From: Balanoglossus misakiensis
Taxonomy: Eukaryota > Animalia > Hemichordata
Reading direction: 5' to 3'
NCBI GenBank assembly: GCA_040954595.2
Contig: CM082577.2
Span: forward strand, 11,108,483-11,131,553
Length of the DNA: 23,071 bases
Shown here: piece after piece, positions 11,931 through 21,357 of the stretch
Numbering within the stretch: position 1 is the stretch's first letter
Layout: each line of letters begins with the position of its first letter
Translations under genes and position numbers: made by a program
Notes under the pieces: model-generated
The model's database searches: none
What the model was told of the DNA's origin: nothing
The model's input: the letters and a program-made list of their open reading frames with translations, nothing else

Positions 11931-12087
11931 ATACTGATCCGTAATCCTTCTTTCCAGCGACTTGTCCGTGAAATTGCGCAGGACTTCAAGACCGATCCTC
12001 GCTTCCAGAGCTTTGCCTTCATGGCCCTGCAAGAAGCTAGCGAAGCGTACCTGGTCGGTCTCTCTTTGAAAACATCAACCTGTGAGC
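11931..12087 (+). pseudogene. H3: Histone H3 pseudogene fragment (approx. H3 residues 60-111)
   Basis: Translates [44 protein letters not shown], then a 2-bp insertion, then FENINL* (H3: [51 protein letters not shown]). It has a frameshift and a Cys->TGA stop, and lacks the N-terminal tail. Confidence 0.93.
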
Positions 12088-12474
12088 GTCCGAGAGCAGT
12101 GTGCGCGTCAGATATAACACTGCTCCTCGTACGCGAAGAATTCTGAAGAGCGACTTTCATTTTAACATAATGACCATAACAGTTTTCTTTGAATGTCATG
12201 TAGACGGCTTTGCCTAAATATTTTGCTTCTTTTCCGTACATTAACTTTCAACTTGAAAATAAACTTTGGGTAGAAATACGAGTAACTGAGGTTGTCGCTG
12301 GTGGATCAAATTGTTCGTGTGTTCCAGATTATGACGCCATTCGTTCGAAAGTTGACAACGCGATAGAACTTTCATAGTTACGATCAACCACCACACAACT
12401 TTATTTCGTTGCTGTGCATCGCTCATCCATTTCGGAAGAGAGGAAGTTATCGCCGCAGTCTGAAAATCCTAACA

Positions 12475-13873
12475 ATGACTGTTATCCGCGTGAGTGGTGG
12501 GGCCGAGGACCCCACCGACCTCGAGATTATCGCCCTGGATTCAGCGTCAGCCGCTGGCCACAATGCTCGGTCGGACGTCGACGAGGCGACACCTCCCACG
12601 GTGACCGACGATCTTATTAGTGGGTGCGTGGACGACGTGAAGACTGGCACGACAGGGGAGGACTCCGCCCGGATTGTGATCACCAAACCAGCGCTGATTT
12701 TGGGAGAGACAGTCGAGGATGGTGATGTAGCCAAGGAGACGGTCAAAAGCAAGAAGAAACGCGGTCGCCAGGGGAAACGGGGAAAGAGAAGCGGAAGTAA
12801 GAAGTCCAGAGGAAGTAAGAGGAAGAGCGAGGAGAGCGATTCCATCGCTGCTCATCAGGAAAACACCGCAAAGCAGCCGCCGGAGAAGCTGGAATCCACC
12901 GACTCCGAGTCTAACCCGTCATGCTTCGCCGCACTTCGTAAACGTCTGAACGGGATTAGAGAATGGTTTCTGTTGAGATTCAATCGCACCGTGTCCATCG
13001 GCCCATCCGACTCAACCACCAGTTCCATGTTTCCTCAGATTGGATCCAGGAGCGCCTCTGATCACGTTTTCGGCAATCAGAAATCTTCACTTGATAGTGG
13101 CCTTGGAAATAACAAGGGGAAGTGGTCAGTCGGTAAGTTAATACACTTTTTTAACTGAGTAGGACTAATTTTTAATTGTTCTGGTTTGAGAAATGTTCTC
13201 GAAAGTTGTTTGTTTATAAACCCAAAGAGCAATGTAAACAACTTTTGAACATCATATGCTTCGAATTATCAAATTAAACATAAAATACCTCAATTCTAAT
13301 ACGTACCAGTGACAGAGTACAATTTATAACTTGCGATTTTTTCCGCCGTTTTTGATAATGTGTTCCAGAAAATAATCTTGGGATTGGTTTTGAAATCAAC
13401 AGGTGTCTAAAATTATGGTTGTATTTTCTTCAGGTAACGGGCCAAACTACATTGGTCGCCTTGATGGCCACACTTCTAGCATCTCAGCCAAGACATCCAT
13501 CGCCGACGGACGCAAAAGCGTAGCCTATAAACTGGAGTTCGACATCTCCAAGCCGGTGAAAGCGCCACCAAGGCACGTCAGTTTTCTGGACAGAAGACCT
13601 AACACTCCCCACACCGTCTACAATCTGAACCAGAAGATAAAACAAGCGGAAGAGAGACGGAGGGAGGCGGAGGAGTACAAGAGCGCAAAGGCCGCTCTGA
13701 TGAGTGCGGGGATCACCGCGACTGTGGCAGGTGACGGCGAACAAAGTCACGCCATGAAGGAGGAGGCCAAGAAGCAAGAATTGGCAGAAAAGGCGCGCAG
13801 GGAATACTGCGAGCTACTCCGGAACAGGATCCGCGAGCAGAAGCGGCTGCAGGGACAAAAGAAGGGGAAATAG
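12475..13873 (+). CDS. Two-exon gene (12475-13132, 13434-13873; ~365 aa), low-complexity/basic N-terminus and stathmin-like (STMND1-type) C-terminal region
   Basis: ATG in ACAATG context; donor G|GTAAGT at 13133; acceptor TTTTCTTCAG at 13433. The phase-1 junction joins the 249-aa and 156-aa ORFs in frame, and the exons are GC-richer than the intron. VAYKLEFD...APPRH...TVYNLNQKIKQAEERRR resembles the stathmin-family pattern. The product call is tentative and an upstream exon cannot be excluded. Confidence 0.72.
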
Positions 13874-14384
13874 ATGGCGTGTTTAATGACCACGTTCCGA
13901 GGTCCGCGAGTGAAGGAGAAGAAGAGCGGCGGGCAGATGAGAGAGACAGGACATCTTCGCCAGCCAATGACTTTATTCGGTCCGGGACTCTCCTTCAAGT
14001 CATCAAGACGGACCGTTAGCCAAGCCGTGCGGACCGTGGAGATAGGGGAACTCAGTCAGTCGGGGTACCGGTGAAAAGAGAACGTGGTCGGTCAGAGGGG
14101 TGTATATTGAATGAGTAGAGGGTGGGGTAATTGACAATTCTTCCTTTCGCAAAAGTATTTCTTTTTATCCCGAACTGGTGATATCGAAACAGCAGAGATT
14201 TTCCATACTGCCACAGACGGAAAAACCTGGAGGAGCTTGGAACAGAAACAGTCTCAGCTAAGAACTCTCAATCCATTAGCCGCTGCATGTGAATTGACGA
14301 TAGTTATTTTTAGAGACACATTAATGTTGTCTATAGGTGCTAACAAATCATTGATGATCGAGGGCTGCGTGGCAAAATCTCATC

Positions 14385-14417
14385 TGATCTGATCTGATCT
14401 CATCGATCTCATCTCAT
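14385..14417 (+). repeat. (GATCT/CATCT)n pentanucleotide repeat
   Basis: Seen directly. Confidence 0.75.
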
Positions 14418-15574
14418 CCTAACATTTCGCTTCTAGTATTCTTTAATTTAGTTTTCCGTTGCTGTTGTAAAATGTTGTTGAAATCTTCCGTTTCACTTTT
14501 TTTCTGTTTATCCTTGGGAACCGAGACGTCAAATGGTTTGTTTGTTTCAGATCAAGCGGGACTATGTCTCCCTGTAAAATAGCGGTGTGACTTTTATGGT
14601 TGCGGTACCTATTTGCATATACCATCTTTTTCATAGTCGTTTTCGGATTCTCAGACCAGATCCCAATTCTTCGCCTGTTTGTTCGTCTCTGAATGTTTTT
14701 TTCTTCTTCTCAAATTTCTTTTCATGTTCACTTGATGCCATTGCAATTTTGGTCTTTCCTACCAAAACGACCACCATCATTATCATCACCATCACCATAC
14801 ATATAAATCAACATTCCTTTTCCGCTCTCCCTGTATCAAACGGTCTCTCATCGTTACACCAATGAAAGAATGAAAGTTCACGATCCCGTGTGTCAACCAG
14901 TCGATTTACTGTTAGTCGGTATAACAAAGCGACAACATTCTTATGCTCTTATTGTCATAACATATAGTTCACTATCGGCCGCGCCAACCTGAGGTCAAAG
15001 GTCATAACCTGACACGCACAGAGAGGTCTCTCGCATTTCGTGGGGTGGAGAATACATGAAGTCAGTATTGTCATTGAAAATTGAATAAAAGTCCAGATTA
15101 ATACATGTAGTATGGAATGTAAAAATAACCATTTATTTTATCATAAAGATAATCTGATTGGTGACAAATATATCGATCCAGTATAGATCCAGTATCTTAC
15201 AAAAACAACTTTATCAAGGCTATCTCAGGTGTTCAATGTTTTGCATACCTCATTTTGCACCAAATTGCTGAGGGATGCACTCCGGACCCATATCGTTTGC
15301 AGTACAACACACATATTTAGAGTTGGTCAGGGCCATAATGATTTGAAATGTCAAAAACATGACAGAACTAGTTTCGATTGCATTCAGTAACATTTATTCG
15401 AACATTTTTGATAGTACGCATACATCATTTTATATATCATCCCCAAATCTGCAAATGACAATTGTCTGAGATTTATCAGGCAAACAGACCCGACACATGT
15501 GTAAACGAAGCTTTGTCGTTGAGGGCGGTGTTTTACTTCGGCGTGTGTACGTTCACCGCTTGATCAGTTGATGA

Positions 15575-15655
15575 AATAACTTAATATTTAAAGCCTTATC
15601 ACTTCGCTCAAGGATATGCCTATTGTTATAGGATTGGGTCGAAGTTCTGGGTGGC
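15575..15655 (-). repeat. Split direct repeat B2 (81 bp, 3' terminus)
   Basis: Identical to 15873-15953. Confidence 0.95.
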
Positions 15656-15773
15656 GTGTCCATGGCGAAGCACGTGACTCGTTCATAGAGGGTGGGCGGG
15701 TGGGTTATAGTTTTCTTATCGGAAACCGCATAACTTTCCCTATCAATTCCGCCATATGTGTCCTTGACTCGGC

Positions 15774-15878
15774 CTGTTGCAAATGAGGGAGAAAGTCCGG
15801 CTGCATTGTTACCTATTTATACCCCACAAATTTGCATATTGCGGATCCATATCACTCAGTGATGCGGCTTTGAATAAC
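15774..15878 (-). repeat. Split direct repeat A2 (105 bp)
   Basis: Identical to 21576-21680. Confidence 0.95.
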
Positions 15879-15893
15879 TTAATATTTAAAGCC
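15866..15893. other. Putative tyrosine-recombinase site (11-6-11) at the B1/A2 junction
   Basis: GGCTTTGAATA-acttaa-TATTTAAAGCC; the arms are 10/11 inverted matches. Confidence 0.7.
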
Positions 15894-15953
15894 TTATCAC
15901 TTCGCTCAAGGATATGCCTATTGTTATAGGATTGGGTCGAAGTTCTGGGTGGC
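15873..15953 (-). repeat. Split direct repeat B1 (81 bp), overlapping A2 by AATAAC
   Basis: Identical to 15575-15655. Confidence 0.95.
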
Positions 15954-16148
15954 TCTCCTGGCGTGAACACCATGCCTCATACATACGTACCCGCCTCCTT
16001 AAATCTGATATATCAGAACATATCATGCACATGCCCATTCCAAATCCTAACCCCCCATACCCCACACCCATTTCACAATTCTACTCCCCTATCCTACATA
16101 CATGTACGCACACAAAAGAGATACACATGTATTATGCCTGAAGACTTA

Positions 16149-16154
16149 TTTATT
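16149..16154 (-). terminator. Candidate polyadenylation signal AATAAA downstream of YR
   Basis: TTTATT on the + strand, ~125 nt after the YR stop. It is followed on the minus strand by a GU/U-rich tract (TGTGTATCTCTTTTGTGTG). Confidence 0.45.
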
Positions 16155-16277
16155 GCATATGTCATTTCAACAATAGGTTACACAAGGAGAACGTCTGAAA
16201 CCCTACCTCTCTATCTTATTTGCTTATCGGAGAAAGGTAGTTTTCTGGACTCGCGCTACACAATGCGGATATACTAA

Positions 16278-17558
16278 TTAATGACTACTGGGAAAGGCCT
16301 TAGAGAAGCCCACCAGGTCGTTCATATATTGATAAGCCTCTGCTTTCTGGTCTAAATTATCCACTATAGCCATTAAGCTATCTGCTATGGCTCCAACTTG
16401 AGTTACTTTTGCTAGTTGCATATAATAGTTGGCTGTCTCTTCTGCCCGCCAACCCACATGGCTCATTAGCGCATGAAGGTCATTACCCTCCATAGCCAGG
16501 GAAATAGCGCAAGCACTTCTGCAGCCATGAGGAGTTTCACCTGCATCTATCCCTACTTTTTGTAAGTAGGTTTTTAGTCGGGAATACGCCAATTGAGATG
16601 AGAAAGGTTTTTGATCCGTAGAGCCATGTGAATTGATTGGCCGGAAGAGATAACCCGTTGACAAATCGATTCCAACACTCTGCGCCAGCTTGAAATAAGC
16701 TTCGACGGTGTTAACTGGACATACGAAGGGATCGGCGCATCGCTTAATTGCAAATACATTAGTAGACGAGCCTCTCAAGGTTTTTCCAAAAGTATGATTG
16801 AATAATAATCCAGAGTTATCGGGAAAACGCATAATTTCCTGAGTCTTGACATGACCTAGGTCATGTGCCCTGTCCCCTGAAAAGGATAACATCTTAAAAT
16901 ATGCGAGATCCCTTGCCAATACGTACATGCGAGCTGGTGCGGTAGATGACACCATCTGATTAAGTATATGCTCAAAAACCAGCTTCAATTTATTTATAAA
17001 AAGGGGTGTGGCCTGTTTTGCTGTTATCATGGCTCTTGCTTGTTCTTCTGCTATTTTCTTTAAGTATCTAGCGACCAAAGGCGATTCTACCGGGTTAGGC
17101 CTATCTAAACCGACCTGTGAGGAAAAGGCTTGATAGAATGTTTTCAATTTTGAAACCATATTCTTAGCTGTGGTAACACGAATTCTCTTAGGGCATTGGC
17201 ATTGTTGATATCCAGGGAGACCTAAATAGGGACAGATTATTGCGTGTACTTGTGTTTTAGCATCCTTGTCCTTATAAATGAGAAACCGAACTATATCTTG
17301 TGCTGATGCCATCAATAATGATTTTGGTTCATCCAACCCTGTTAGGAAAGCTTCGAATTGTTGGATTAAACGATCCTTTTGTATGTCGTGTGCCGACCGA
17401 TTACCCAGCACTTCCTTCATTCTACTGTCGATGGCTTCAAGATTAAGTGTGCTACCACTATCATGGATGGGCTGCTGTGGCTGTAGGGGCACTTTTGTGC
17501 CACACGCCTTGCATCGTTGGGAAGCACCATTGGTCGTACCACACATCCAACATGCTTG
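16278..17558 (-). CDS. Tyrosine recombinase with N-terminal CxxC...CxxC Zn finger and ALOG-type DNA-binding domain (3' exon)
   Basis: Catalytic set, numbered on the 422-aa ORF: R226 (SGDR), K255 (GKT), H340-x-x-R343, W366 (HVGW), Y375. ALOG-like KTQVHxxxC...CxCP...NP...VARYL...EQARA. Acceptor TTCATTTCCTCACACAG at 17559 opens QACWMC in phase 0. Confidence 0.93.
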   Translation of the reverse strand, partial: QACWMCGTTNGASQRCKACGTKVPLQPQQPIHDSGSTLNLEAIDSRMKEVLGNRSAHDIQKDRLIQQFEAFLTGLDEPKSLLMASAQDIVRFLIYKDKDAKTQVHAIICPYLGLPGYQQCQCPKRIRVTTAKNMVSKLKTFYQAFSSQVGLDRPNPVESPLVARYLKKIAEEQARAMITAKQATPLFINKLKLVFEHILNQMVSSTAPARMYVLARDLAYFKMLSFSGDRAHDLGHVKTQEIMRFPDNSGLLFNHTFGKTLRGSSTNVFAIKRCADPFVCPVNTVEAYFKLAQSVGIDLSTGYLFRPINSHGSTDQKPFSSQLAYSRLKTYLQKVGIDAGETPHGCRSACAISLAMEGNDLHALMSHVGWRAEETANYYMQLAKVTQVGAIADSLMAIVDNLDQKAEAYQYMNDLVGFSKAFPSSH

Positions 17559-17732
17559 CTGTGTGAGGAAATGAACATTAATATAATTACCAAATCAAGA
17601 GGTTTTTCTTTTTCTTTTCCTTATTGTTGCTGTTATTCTGTTGTTGTCGTTATTTTTCGTCTTTTCTACTTCTCATATTGGGCTAAAATGTCATACATCC
17701 TGACTCGAGCGCAGTGTACACCCATTGTGTTC

Positions 17733-19910
17733 TCACTCATGACGTACCAATTTAACAGCGAACAGTGCACACGGAGCTCTACATGGCTTATACCCCTCTC
17801 GTGAGGGCGCTAGGATTACTCCCATGTCACCCTCCTCAGCCAGTTTTACGAATTTTGACGCTGACTGCCGGATCTCCGGCCAATACGAGGGGTAAGCGCA
17901 GCGTTTATGGACGATGATGGTAGCATTCAAATGCATTTGCCTAACGTGTTTAATGACGGCATGCGTGAGATGGAAAGGCGGATACACGTAAATTCTATCC
18001 CTTGGCGAGAAGTGATAGTGGAAAAAATTTACCCCAGCACTATCGGCTTGTGGAAATGGGGACACAAAACTCTCGAGTCTGGCGTTCGATGACGTGGCCA
18101 TAGCGTCAATAGAGTGGGGGCCACACTCCTTCTGCACTATAGCCCATGCTCTATCTGACAATTTCGCGTGGCACATGTCTAACTCTCTAGAGGCAAAATC
18201 GGCTAGATTCTGGTGTGAGCGGACGTGAGCAATTGTTAGGCGGGTATTATGGGTAACACAGAAGTGGAAAATTTTCTTTAGCAATTCATTTAACTGCACA
18301 GATTTAGATCCCGGGTACCCCTGGTTCCAGGCATGCACAAGGATTAATGAGTCTGACAAAACGTCGAGACGAGAATTTGAAACTTCTTGGCTAAATGCCG
18401 TGAGGGCTCTACAAAGAGCTTCAGTTTCTTTATCGATAATCGACTTTTTTTGCCATTCCTCCTCCCAACCATCACTTACGGTAACTGCTTTTTCCGAATG
18501 TGGCTGAAACACCGCCCCCCATTTATATGAACTGGCATCAGTGTACATTTTCAGTATAACGTGAGTTTCGTCTGGCCACCTAAAAGTCCCTGCTGTCTCG
18601 ACAATTTCCAACCATTGGCTGAGTTCGCGTCTGAGAGGGCCTTTAATCTGAACAAGGCTTCGTGCTGACACTTGCGCACTGGCCAGTGCGCGAGCCATTC
18701 GTCGTATATACAGCCTAGCGCACGGAATCGCGAGGGAGAACGAGATACACTTTCCCATTATTTTTTGCAATTCTGTGACCAGGATTGCAGATCGTAATAA
18801 GGCGTATCTAACCAACTCTACAAAACGTGCCTTCTTTAAATCTGGTATACTGAAGGCCCGCTGGACGGAATCTACCGTCATACCCAGGAGGACCAAGGAT
18901 TGGACTGGCGAAAGTACACTTTTTTCCAGGGCTATAAAGTAACCTGCGTCAATACATAATTTTAACAAGATGTAGGCAGATGCTTCGGTCAGCTCGAGGC
19001 TCGTCCAGTGGCTCGCATTTAAGCGGAAGGCCCCTGCAATTCTCAAAGGCCCCCCATGCCTGTCATCTATATATTGCAAGCATGGAACACCGAGCATACG
19101 CGCGTGACTAGTTATTGTGTACCCTAACGTATGATAAATGTATGCTGAAGATTTCCAACCAAACGGCAATGTGTTATTAACAAACCAGTATCCGGCCCAC
19201 TGGAAACCAAAATATGTGCGATCCTCCTCTCTGATAAACACATGATCATACCCACTTTTGTCATCTGATTTAAAATGATAATCATACTGGTTCAGATAAC
19301 GTGAAACTTCTATTAGTTTATCTAGTTTAAAGGGTTTATCTACCATCCACAGATTAAGGTACCTCATGTCGATACACATCCGGGGCTTTTTAGGCTCTAT
19401 TGTGATAGGCATCACAATATGCGGTGGAGGATCAATTCCGACCAAACCTACAGCTGATATCGCCCCGGTTTTAATTTTTTCATTAATCGTACTTGATATA
19501 AAATCTATAAATTGTTGACAAGCTGGGGCATTTGCAAAGACCTTTGCAGGAGGGGTAGGAGTGTCGTAGAAAACTCCCTTAAATGTTCCCTTAAACGGCT
19601 GAAAATATTCAGTCACGTTAGCCCCTTCCCTAATCCAATTCATAATTTGAGCCTGATTACTAGTGTCATGAGCCATTTGCCGCCATATCGCCTGGTGTCT
19701 GTGTACTTCCCCAGCTATGAAGTCGTGAGGGTTTCGGAACTGGAGGAGGCTGGGAGATGCCTTGCACAAACCGGCTGCCACTTCATGTGGGTCCGGGGAC
19801 TGAGCACTTCGGTCCTGTTGAGGGACTCCCTCAAGTGTTACCCATGCGTAAGTAGAACGTCTAACTGGCCAAAGTTCAGAAGAGAATTTTTCCCAGGGCT
19901 GTGGTACCCC
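17733..19910 (-). CDS. Pol: reverse transcriptase - RNase H - DNA N6-adenine methyltransferase-like domain (3' exon)
   Basis: RT: KSDDKSGYDH, LPFGW, YIDD. RNase H: TDAS, KETEA, LSDS, NLADFASR. MT-like: IDAMA, YVYPPF. Acceptor TTGTCTTACAG at 19911 (phase 0). The upstream part of the 808-aa ORF runs through a poly(A) tract and looks intronic. Confidence 0.93.
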   Translation of the reverse strand, partial: GVPQPWEKFSSELWPVRRSTYAWVTLEGVPQQDRSAQSPDPHEVAAGLCKASPSLLQFRNPHDFIAGEVHRHQAIWRQMAHDTSNQAQIMNWIREGANVTEYFQPFKGTFKGVFYDTPTPPAKVFANAPACQQFIDFISSTINEKIKTGAISAVGLVGIDPPPHIVMPITIEPKKPRMCIDMRYLNLWMVDKPFKLDKLIEVSRYLNQYDYHFKSDDKSGYDHVFIREEDRTYFGFQWAGYWFVNNTLPFGWKSSAYIYHTLGYTITSHARMLGVPCLQYIDDRHGGPLRIAGAFRLNASHWTSLELTEASAYILLKLCIDAGYFIALEKSVLSPVQSLVLLGMTVDSVQRAFSIPDLKKARFVELVRYALLRSAILVTELQKIMGKCISFSLAIPCARLYIRRMARALASAQVSARSLVQIKGPLRRELSQWLEIVETAGTFRWPDETHVILKMYTDASSYKWGAVFQPHSEKAVTVSDGWEEEWQKKSIIDKETEALCRALTAFSQEVSNSRLDVLSDSLILVHAWNQGYPGSKSVQLNELLKKIFHFCVTHNTRLTIAHVRSHQNLADFASRELDMCHAKLSDRAWAIVQKECGPHSIDAMATSSNARLESFVSPFPQADSAGVNFFHYHFSPRDRIYVYPPFHLTHAVIKHVRQMHLNATIIVHKRCAYPSYWPEIRQSASKFVKLAEEGDMGVILAPSREGYKPCRAPCALFAVKLVRHE

Positions 19911-19966
19911 CTGTAAGACAATTAACAAGGTATGTATGAGAAAAGAGATCAGCCCGAAACCTACAG

Positions 19967-19973
<7 letters not shown>

Positions 19974-20001
<28 letters not shown>
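19974..20001 (+). repeat. Poly(T)28 tract (poly-A on element strand) in the gag-pol intervening sequence
   Basis: Seen directly. Confidence 0.9.
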
Positions 20002-20274
20002 GGCTCGAGGGAATCCCTAGACAGGACCTCGCAAACGCAAGGTTGCAAAATGCAAAGGGCCACATGGGCCTTCCCTGTGTGCGGGATATAACGGTAATGC
20101 AAAATGGCAAAGCATGCATGGAGAAATCGGGAACAGGGACAAGGGGGGAAAAGAAACACAATCTACAGTTATTCCTCTCGAACGAAATCTTTAATATAGA
20201 TACTCAAATGAATTACATATCAGTGTGTGAACCATGAAAAGAGCGTGCCACGCAAATCACAAAGTCCGTGTAAT

Positions 20275-20736
20275 CTAAGACTTCTTTTTAGTAGGGCAAG
20301 CTCTGGCCATATGGCCAGCTTCTCCACATGCATAGCAGGTAATGTTATTAACATTCCTTCTCTGTCGGTTGTATGGCTCATATCGTTGACTCTGGGGGTG
20401 ACGCGGCGAGTGTCGCAAAAACTTGGTAACTTTCGCCGCGATCTCTTCCTCCTCCTTGTTCCCTAGGAGTAACACCAACAGACGCCCTGCATCCTTTCCA
20501 AATTCGTTGGATTCGAACTGCGCCAGGACAGCTCTAAATCTAGATAACTTGGGGTGGGCGGCTACAGTAGCCCTATCCACCAGCGCCCGCAAAGCAGTAA
20601 TTAGCTGTTGACGAGTTGACAGTGCGGGTGTGTGAGCCATTTCCATAACTTTTGTTAAAGCATCATCTACAGACGCAGTCTCTGCTATATCCTGCAGTCG
20701 TTTCACCTGCCGTTTGAGTGCTTCTAACTCGCTCGC
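20275..20736 (-). CDS. Gag-like protein with CCHC zinc knuckle (3' exon)
   Basis: CYACGEAGHMARAC (CX2CX4HX4C) near the C-terminus after a helical region. Acceptor TGCTTGGTTTCAG at 20737 (phase 0). Confidence 0.88.
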   Translation of the reverse strand, partial: ASELEALKRQVKRLQDIAETASVDDALTKVMEMAHTPALSTRQQLITALRALVDRATVAAHPKLSRFRAVLAQFESNEFGKDAGRLLVLLLGNKEEEEIAAKVTKFLRHSPRHPQSQRYEPYNRQRRNVNNITCYACGEAGHMARACPTKKKS

Positions 20737-20898
20737 CTGAAACCAAGCACAGTACATGGTATTATTGCTGATATAGTTCAAGCTTATGAACGTAATTCTT
20801 ACTCGTTTTGTGCAAGCCACCGCATACAGTATCAATCCATTGATACCCCTGAAGCACCCATCACTCGTCACTGGGTTCCTGCCTAACCAATCACATCA

Positions 20899-21019
20899 GG
20901 CCACCCTCGCAGGCACTCGCCTACCTGGGCCTTAAACTATCGGCACCCTCGCAGCGACCCCGGGTTACTGCCTGGCCGATCTCATGGCCACCCTCGCAGG
21001 CGTTCAGCCTACCTGGGCC
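20899..21019. repeat. Three imperfect ~44-bp GC-rich repeats inside the predicted first intron
   Basis: CACCCTCGCAG...CCTGG(G)CC at ~20899-20931, 20942-20977 and 20986-21019. Confidence 0.75.
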
Positions 21020-21357
21020 ACGCTCAACATAAACGTGTATGACATACGAAAACATAGGGTACATGACTAAAACGTATCGAGAGAGAGAGTGAAAGAGAGA
21101 GCAAAAGTGAGAAAGAGAACGCAAGATACGCACCTGTCGCTCATACCATATCGACAGGCACACACACCTGCAGAGGAGCTGGGGGAAACAGCCAGCAACC
21201 ATAAAAACTACCTAGGACGGAAAACAGCGTGGAACACACGAACACACCGCGAAGAATGAGAGAGAGAGAGGGAGAGCGAGCGAGAGAAACAACGGAAAGA
21301 AGCACGTTACCAGCCACGCACCAACGCAGAAACCACGTAATCGAAACAGGAGCTCAC

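Noticed and set aside
12447-14074. Antisense/overlapping ORFs and the 66-aa ORF 13874-14074
   Set aside because: Shadow ORFs of GC-rich exons or likely 3' UTR, with no recognisable motifs.
16278-17546. Prophage or bacterial integrase, or contamination
   Set aside because: Linked to gag and RT within split direct repeats and embedded in intron-containing, microsatellite-rich DNA.
19911-20159. N-terminal 83 aa of the 808-aa ORF as real protein
   Set aside because: Non-ATG start, runs through a 28-nt poly(A) giving poly-Lys, and ends at a good splice acceptor. More likely intron, although not disproven.
20706-20736. 30-nt mini-exon using CAG|GTGAAA to link the gag start to pol
   Set aside because: In frame, but the donor is weak (no +5 G) and is not needed to explain pol expression; left as an untested alternative.
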